Source of the DNA: Deinococcaceae bacterium
GTDB taxonomy: Bacteria; Deinococcota; Deinococci; Deinococcales; Trueperaceae
Assembly (NCBI GenBank): GCA_040256005.1
Contig: JBDZWC010000084.1
Span: 1-13,242, forward strand
Direction: 5' to 3'
DNA length: 13,242 bases
The position numbers were made by a program, and so were the translations under genes. Under the pieces are notes generated by a model, which saw nothing but the letters and a program-made list of their open reading frames with translations, was not told the origin of the DNA and searched no databases. This document shows positions 7,677-13,242 of the stretch, in pieces. Each line of letters begins with the position of its first letter. Positions within the stretch are counted from its first letter, which is position 1.

Positions 7677-8711
7677 ATGGGACTTGAGGTCGAGCGGCTA
7701 GCCAAGTCGTATGGCCCTGTGAAGGCCGTCGACGGCGTCACACTGGCCGTCCCGAGCGGCACCACGCTGGCGTTGCTCGGCCCCAGCGGATGCGGCAAGA
7801 GCACGCTGCTCAGGTTGGTGGCGGGGCTGGAGCGGCCCGACGCGGGGCGCGTGGTGTTCGACGGCGCAGACGTGACCAACGTGCCCACCCGCCGGCGCGA
7901 TCTGGGGATGGTGTTCCAGGACTTCGCGCTCTTCCCACACCTCGACGTCGCCGGGAACGTCGCGTTCGGCTTGGTAGAGAGGCGCGTGCCCGTCGCGGCG
8001 CGGAGGGCCAGGGTCGAGGAGCTACTGGGGTTGGTCGGCTTGGCCGGCCTCGGCCGACGCCGCGTCCACGACCTTTCCGGTGGTCAACAACAACGCGTAG
8101 CGCTGGCGCGCGCTTTGGCCCCCGGCCCTGCGCTGGTGCTCCTCGATGAGCCGCTATCGAACCTCGACGAGGCTCTGCGAGCCGAGCTGCGGGACGAGAT
8201 CGCGTTCATCCTGCGCCAGCTGGAGACCGAGGCGATCTACGTGACGCACGATCAGGTCGAGGCGTTCGCGATCGCCGACGCCGTCGCCGTGATGCGCGAG
8301 GGCAGCGTCGTCCAGGTCGGCCCGCCCGGTGCGGTGCTGGCGTCACCGGCCGACGCCTGGACGGCCCGCTTCCTCGGCCATGAGAACGTGTGGCGCGGCG
8401 AGGCGGCGGTCAAGGTGGCCAAGGCGGTACAGACGACTTTGGGGCGCGACGAAGCGCTGTTGCTGCGGGTCGACGAGGTCCGTCTGCTGCCGGCCGGCGC
8501 CGGCGGCACCGCACCCGAGGCCGTCGTGCGCGCCGCCGTCCGTGAAGGGCTGGCGTGGCGCCTGGAACTGGCGGTGGAACGGTGGGCACAGGCGACCGTC
8601 GTCTGGCGGGGGTACGGCAGAGAGCTCGCGGGCGAACCGGCTCCCGGCGACAGGTACGCGTTGGTGGCACCGCCTGCGGCCTGGCAGGTCGTGCCGGACC
8701 GGGCGCCATGA
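7677..8711 (+). CDS. thiQ: ABC transporter ATP-binding protein (ThiQ/PotA/FbpC-type, with probable C-terminal TOBE-like extension), 344 aa
   Basis: Walker A GPSGCGKS, Q-loop MVFQDFALFPHL, signature LSGGQQQRVALARAL, Walker B LVLLDEP, H-loop YVTHDQ. The gene symbol comes from context. Confidence 0.85.
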   Translation: MGLEVERLAKSYGPVKAVDGVTLAVPSGTTLALLGPSGCGKSTLLRLVAGLERPDAGRVVFDGADVTNVPTRRRDLGMVFQDFALFPHLDVAGNVAFGLVERRVPVAARRARVEELLGLVGLAGLGRRRVHDLSGGQQQRVALARALAPGPALVLLDEPLSNLDEALRAELRDEIAFILRQLETEAIYVTHDQVEAFAIADAVAVMREGSVVQVGPPGAVLASPADAWTARFLGHENVWRGEAAVKVAKAVQTTLGRDEALLLRVDEVRLLPAGAGGTAPEAVVRAAVREGLAWRLELAVERWAQATVVWRGYGRELAGEPAPGDRYALVAPPAAWQVVPDRAP

Positions 8712-9373
8712 CCGCGGCAGCCGGGAAGCGGGTCGCGCTCGTGCTGGCGGGCGGGGAGCTGCCACTGGACCACCTCCTGCCCGCGCTGCTGAGCGCGACA
8801 GGCCCCGTGGTGGCCGCCGACGGAGGCCTGCGACATGCCGCCCGGCTCGGACTAGAACCTGACTTGCTGGTTGGCGACCTGGACAGCGTGACTGCGGACG
8901 TGCTCGCCGCCCATCCGGCGCTGCCCGTGGACCGTCGACCCGTGGAGAAGGACGAGCTGGACCTGGAGCTGGCGTTGGCGGCGGCAGCGCGCCTGGGTGC
9001 CACGTCGGCGCGCGTGATCGGCGCGTTCGGCGACCGCCTCGACCAGAGCTTCGCGGCGCTGCTGATCGCGTCGCGTCGCGTGATGGCAGAGCCGGCGTTC
9101 CCGGTCTCGCTACACGCCGGCAGGCATGAGGGCCACGTAGCGGCGGCGGGTCGCAGGCTGCGCCTCAGCGCGGCCGCCGGCTCCACGGTGAGCCTCCTGG
9201 CCCTGGCGGGCGACGCCACCGTGAGCACCGAGGGGCTGCGCTACCCGCTGGAGCGGGACCCTCTGCCGTTCGGCGTCGGGCTGGGCGTGTCTAACGAACT
9301 CGTGGGCTCCCAAGCCGTCGTCACCTGCCACGAGGGCCTTGTAGCGGTGCTCCTGGTGCTCCGAAGTCCCTGA
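8708..9373 (+). CDS. thiN: Thiamine pyrophosphokinase (thiamine diphosphokinase), 221 aa
   Basis: ATGA overlap with the ATPase stop. Motifs VVAADGG, PDLLVGDLDS, EKDELDLELAL, GAFGDRLDQ, GLRYPL, GLGVSNE. Confidence 0.93.
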   Translation: MTAAAGKRVALVLAGGELPLDHLLPALLSATGPVVAADGGLRHAARLGLEPDLLVGDLDSVTADVLAAHPALPVDRRPVEKDELDLELALAAAARLGATSARVIGAFGDRLDQSFAALLIASRRVMAEPAFPVSLHAGRHEGHVAAAGRRLRLSAAAGSTVSLLALAGDATVSTEGLRYPLERDPLPFGVGLGVSNELVGSQAVVTCHEGLVAVLLVLRSP

Positions 9374-9394
9374 TCTGGGGTCGGGAGCCGCACG

Positions 9395-9907
9395 CTACTT
9401 CGACGTGTCGGGTGCATCCGGTTCGGGAGGTGAGGGTCCTCCGGCCGGAGGAGAAAGCGCCTCGAACACGAGCACCGCGTCGGTGCCCCTCAAGGTGATC
9501 GTGCCTTCCTGTACCTCGTAAGCTTCGACCGCCTCCAACCCTCCCACGAACGCGCGCTCGAGGCTCATGGCCGGCTCCGGACAGGCCATGAGCGTCGCCG
9601 TCACGGGACCGAACTTCGCGGTGCCAGCCGGCTCGAGCTCCCCTCCGAAGACCATCTGGTTGCACCCGACGCTTCCCGCCATCCGCCCCTCGAGGTTCAA
9701 GGAGAAGACGCCGGTGTCCAGCGGTACCGCGTGGCTCTCGCCAGCGACCGTGAGGCTTACCAACCGCCAGGGGCTGGTACCGAACAGGCTCTCCAGATCG
9801 CCTTTCGCCTCCTGCCCGCGGGCCCCGAGCGTCAGGAGTACGAGAGCGAACGTCACCGCGACGGTCGTCAACAGTGCCCCGCGGGCGCCAGGTTCGGATC
9901 GGCTCAT
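9395..9907 (-). CDS. META (HslJ-like) domain exported protein, 170 aa
   Basis: Hydrophobic signal-like N-terminus without Cys. META motifs WRLVSL, GSVGCN, GPVTATLMAC, LERAF...L, LVF. Pro-rich tail. Confidence 0.88.
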   Translation of the reverse strand: MSRSEPGARGALLTTVAVTFALVLLTLGARGQEAKGDLESLFGTSPWRLVSLTVAGESHAVPLDTGVFSLNLEGRMAGSVGCNQMVFGGELEPAGTAKFGPVTATLMACPEPAMSLERAFVGGLEAVEAYEVQEGTITLRGTDAVLVFEALSPPAGGPSPPEPDAPDTSK

Positions 9908-9920
9908 GGGCTCGAGGCTA
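9905..9920 (-). promoter_or_regulatory. Putative leaderless -10 promoter for the META gene
   Basis: Minus strand reads TAGCCT (9920-9915), cgagccc (7 nt), ATG (9907-9905); no SD. Confidence 0.55.
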
Positions 9921-9980
9921 CTTCCCGCCGGCGAGAGCGCGATGAAGACCGCAGCGTGGGCCGGGGGGCGTCCGACGCGG

Positions 9981-9989
9981 TGCTAGACT
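9981..9989 (+). promoter_or_regulatory. Putative extended -10 promoter for the BTAD regulator
   Basis: TGcTAGACT (TGn-TANNNT), 10 nt before ATG 10000; no SD. Confidence 0.55.
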
Positions 9990-9999
9990 CGTGCGCACC

Positions 10000-12754
10000 A
10001 TGGCGAGGTTGGGCGTTGTCCCTGCCGCCCGGCACGTAGACCGGGCGCGGCTCCTCGACGCTTTGCCGGACACGGCTCCGTTCGTCGTCACCCTGGAGGC
10101 ACCCGCCGGTTTCGGGAAGACCAGCCTGGCGCTGGACTGGGCGGCGGCGCTGTCCCGCGACGGCCGGCGCGTCCTTCACGTCTCCCAGCGAGGCAGGGAC
10201 CTCCGTGCGGCCGTCGCCACCGCGCTGGGGTTCGAACCCAGCGAGGACTGGGGAGCTGTGGAGCTGGCGCTGTGGAGCGAGCCCTCCCTGCTGGTGGTGG
10301 ACGACCTTGACCAGGCCGAGTGCTCGGATCAGCTCGAGCTGATGCTTACCGGTCTGGACGGGCTCCTGGTGTTGGTATCCCGGCGACCGCTCTCCTCACC
10401 GCAGCTCGTGGCGGCAGCCCTGCGAGGTCGCTTGATGACGCTTGGCCCGCAGGACCTGTCGTTCAGTCACGAAGAGGCCTCCACACTGTTCGAGGACCCA
10501 GCGGCTGCAGACGCAGCCTCGGCGGAGTCTGGCGGTTGGCCGCTCCTCCTGGCCCACGTCGCGAACGTGGGCTCTCTCCCGGCCCCCAGCGCGATCGCCA
10601 GCGCGGTGAGGTCAGGGGTCTCGGACATAGCGTGGCGGCGTCTGCTGCTGCAGGCGGCTGTTCCGGACGCGACCGCCGAGCTCGGCGGCGAGGCCGATCG
10701 CGTAGCGGTCGAGGAACTGGAGGCAGCGGGCTTCGTCACGACCGCCGACGGCGTCCTCGAGGTGCCCGCTGTCGTCGTCAGGGCGCTTCTCGGTGCGTGC
10801 CTACCGGAGGTGCGGCGAGCCGTCGCAGCGGCGCGGGGCCCGCTCAGCGAGAGGCAGCTATGCGCCGCACACGAAGCGACGAGGGACCTGGCTGCGCTGG
10901 CAAGCGTCCTGGACACGGCTTCCAGCCCACTGGAGAGGGATGACCCGCGGTCGCTTCTCCGGTGGCATGGCCTGGTGCCGGACGGCGCCGGCGGACGCCG
11001 TTCCCTGAGGGTCGGGAACGCGCTGTGCGCCGTGGGGCGTAGGACCGAGGGCATCGCCCTCCTGAGAGAGATCGCGGGTGACGACGCGCTCGACGCGGAC
11101 CTCCGCCTCACCGCTCTCGGCGATGCCATCTACTACCTGGCCGAGGCGCCGTCCGACAGGGATGACGCACGTCGGTTGCTACAGGGCAGCGACGCGCTGT
11201 TCGCGTCCGCATCACCCGAGCGCCAGGGAAGGTTCTTGAGCACGGCCTCCGCCATCTACTTCCGGGCCGGCGACTACACGGCAGCCAGGGCTCTCGTCGA
11301 GCGTGCCCTGGCGGTCCTGCCCCCCCGGCAACAAGCATCGGTACGCGCCACTCATCAACCTGGCCGTGCTGGAGTGGAACCTCTCCGGCGACATAGAGGC
11401 GCGGATCCGGTTGGAACACGAGGGTCTGGAGATATGCCGCGAGGCCTACCCGGACCACGTGGTCGGCGTCTGCAGAGACCTGGCTCAGCTATGCCTCTAC
11501 GTCGGCTGGGAAGGGCGTGCCCGGGAGTACCTGGCGGAAGGTGAGCGCTACGCCCACTCGAGGCCCATCCTCGCCCTCGAGGTCGCCGGCATGCAGGCCC
11601 AACTGGACGGGAACCTGGAACGGCTGGCCGACGTGGCGGACCGTGCCCGTGGCACCGACGACCCGGCCGTCCTCGACGCCGTCGCCTCGCGCCTGGTGAC
11701 GGCCGTTACCGCGAGCGGCGATGCCGCCGGAGCGGCGCGCCTCTTCGCGGACCAGGACGCGGGAGGGTTCACGGCCCTGGCCACGGCGCTGGCGCTCCTC
11801 GCGCTGGGCGAGACGGAGGAAGCGGAACGACGCGTCGCGGCGGCCCGCGATGAGGACGCCGAGCGCGAGTTCAGGTTGGCGTGGCAGGCGGCGCGCTACC
11901 GAGTCGGCGGGTCGCCGGAGGACCTGGAGACGCTGTGTGCCATGACGTCCGCGGGGCCGCGCATCCTCCCCTATTTCGTGCCGTTGTCGGAGCTACCCAC
12001 TAGCCGTCCCGACCTCGCCACGTACTACCCGCTGGAGGACGTCATGCGCTCCGGTTGGCGCGAGGCGGCGGCGCTGCGCCTGGCCGAGCTGCCGCCGCTA
12101 CGCGTGACGGCACTGGGCGAGATGACGGTGGAGGTCCTCGGTGAGCGGGTCGAGGTCTCCGGCAGACAGCGCGACCTCCTCGCGCTGCTGCTGCTGGGGC
12201 TGGGGCGCCGGGACCTTAGCGCGGCGTTGTGGCCGGAGGCGAACCCGGCGAAGGCCCGGAACAACCTCAACGTGCAGCTCAACGAGTTGCGCCGGGTCAT
12301 AGAACCTTGGGGTCACAGGACGTACCTCTTCGAGGACGGCCTGCACAACACGGAAGCGGACCTCTACCGGCTCCGGGCCGCTCTAGCGGCCGGCCGCCAC
12401 GACGACGTCATGAGCCTCTACCGCGGGCGGTTCGCGCCGGGCGCCGCGACGGACGTCGTCGCCGAGGCGCGGACCGCGCTCGAGCGCGAGGTCGCTGACT
12501 CCCTGGTGGAGGCCGCCAGCTGCGCTCCTCCGAGGAAGGCTGCCGCCTACCTCAAACGCGCGCTCGAGTTGGAACCGCTGAACGAGGACGCGCTGCAGAA
12601 GCTGTTGGCCCTGCTGGTCGCCAGCGGGAGGCGCGGCGAGGCGTTGCGCCGGTACCGCTGGTTCGCGGCCGACCTCGGAGAGCAACTCGGCCTGGAGCCG
12701 CTACCCGACACCACGAGGCTCGTCCTGCGGGCCCTCCCAGCCGGCGATCAGTAG
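10000..12754 (+). pseudogene. MalT-like P-loop ATPase + TPR-like + C-terminal wHTH/BTAD (SARP-type) transcriptional regulator, frameshifted at a C7 run (pseudogene or sequencing error); 917 aa if repaired
   Basis: First frame: VDRARLL, Walker A APAGFGKT (10099-10122), Walker B LLVVDDLD, DLSFS, SGGWPLLL. Second frame: LRVTALG, LWPE...ARNNLNVQLNELRR, LYRGRF, ALELEPLNE, ALRRY...LGLEP. Deleting one C from 11320-11326 joins them as ...AVLPPGNKHRYAPLINLA... Confidence 0.85.
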
Positions 12755-13242
12755 ACCACCGTCACCTCCACCAGCATCCCGCCGAAACGTGTCTGCCACC
12801 AGCCGTCATCAAGTGGGTCAGGTCCGTTCCCGCCGCTGAGGAACAGGTAGATGTCGTTGCCCAGAACGGACTGGCTATGCTCATCGCAGGGCGGCTGGAA
12901 GGTCTGGAAGTCCGGGCTCTCGTAGACGGTGGCTCCGAAGTGCCCGTAGTAGTAGTAGGGATCGTAGAAGTTGAAGGCCTCGACCGTGTACCGCGTCGCG
13001 TCCGGTTGACGTTCGAACGTTACGTAGGCGGCGGAGCAGTACCGGGTCGTGTCACCCGACGGGTAGCTGTCTGACATCGCCTCGAGGCGACCCGAGATCA
13101 GGTCCCTGCGCTCCTTGCCGACCACGGTCGCGGTCGCCACCGTGACCGGCTCGGCGCCGGGTTCGATGACGCCCGAACCATCGTCCAGGTAGACCTCGAC
13201 GGTTATCTCGTCGTGCAGTTCGGGCGTGATGGCTGCCGGCTC
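12748..13242 (-). CDS. 3' part of a hypothetical beta-strand-rich, probably extracytoplasmic protein (start outside window)
   Basis: The frame is open from the window edge (EPAAITPELHDEITVEVYLDDGSGVIEPGAEPVTVATATVVG...) to TGA at 12750-12748, giving 164 visible aa with GC-rich third positions. Overlaps the regulator stop by 7 nt. Confidence 0.75.
   Translation of the reverse strand, partial: EPAAITPELHDEITVEVYLDDGSGVIEPGAEPVTVATATVVGKERRDLISGRLEAMSDSYPSGDTTRYCSAAYVTFERQPDATRYTVEAFNFYDPYYYYGHFGATVYESPDFQTFQPPCDEHSQSVLGNDIYLFLSGGNGPDPLDDGWWQTRFGGMLVEVTVVY

Noticed and set aside
6034..8711. Ferric iron (FbpBC) or polyamine (Pot) importer assignment
   Set aside because: Same superfamily, but ThiP-like motifs and coupling to thiamine pyrophosphokinase favour thiamine. 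Not fully excluded.
11303..12754. Independent 483-aa BTAD gene starting at GTG 11303
   Set aside because: No SD or -10 box, and its first residues are out-of-frame sequence. A one-base repair at the C7 run gives a coherent single protein.
10000..12754. STAND-type antiphage (Avs) defence system
   Set aside because: The output module is wHTH-BTAD rather than a nuclease, TIR or SIR2 effector, and no defence-island context is visible.
1..13242. CRISPR array, tRNA/rRNA, IS or integrase
   Set aside because: No regularly spaced repeats, RNA-gene signatures, terminal inverted repeats or transposase/integrase motifs were seen. The window is almost fully coding.

Overview
GC-rich bacterial chromosomal window. 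Promoter style and gene families suggest Deinococcota (Trueperaceae-like), which is an inference. From left to right on the + strand: (1) a nickel/peptide/opine (Opp/Dpp) ABC importer with binding protein and two permeases but no ATPase genes; (2) a ~786-aa membrane protein in which a class I SAM-binding (spermidine-synthase-like) domain sits between two ~7-helix MFS-like blocks; (3) a thiamine-type ABC permease and ATPase plus thiamine pyrophosphokinase, with no thiB and no TPP riboswitch. Then come a META/HslJ-domain exported protein on the - strand, a divergent ~917-aa MalT-like ATPase/TPR/wHTH-BTAD regulator broken by one extra C in a C7 run, and the 3' part of an unknown beta-rich protein entering from the right edge on the - strand. 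Four genes have TANNNT -10 boxes 6-12 nt before the start codon, suggesting leaderless or near-leaderless transcripts. The best candidate for undescribed biology is the split-MFS/SAM-enzyme fusion lying where thiB would be expected. No mobile element, CRISPR array, tRNA or rRNA was seen.
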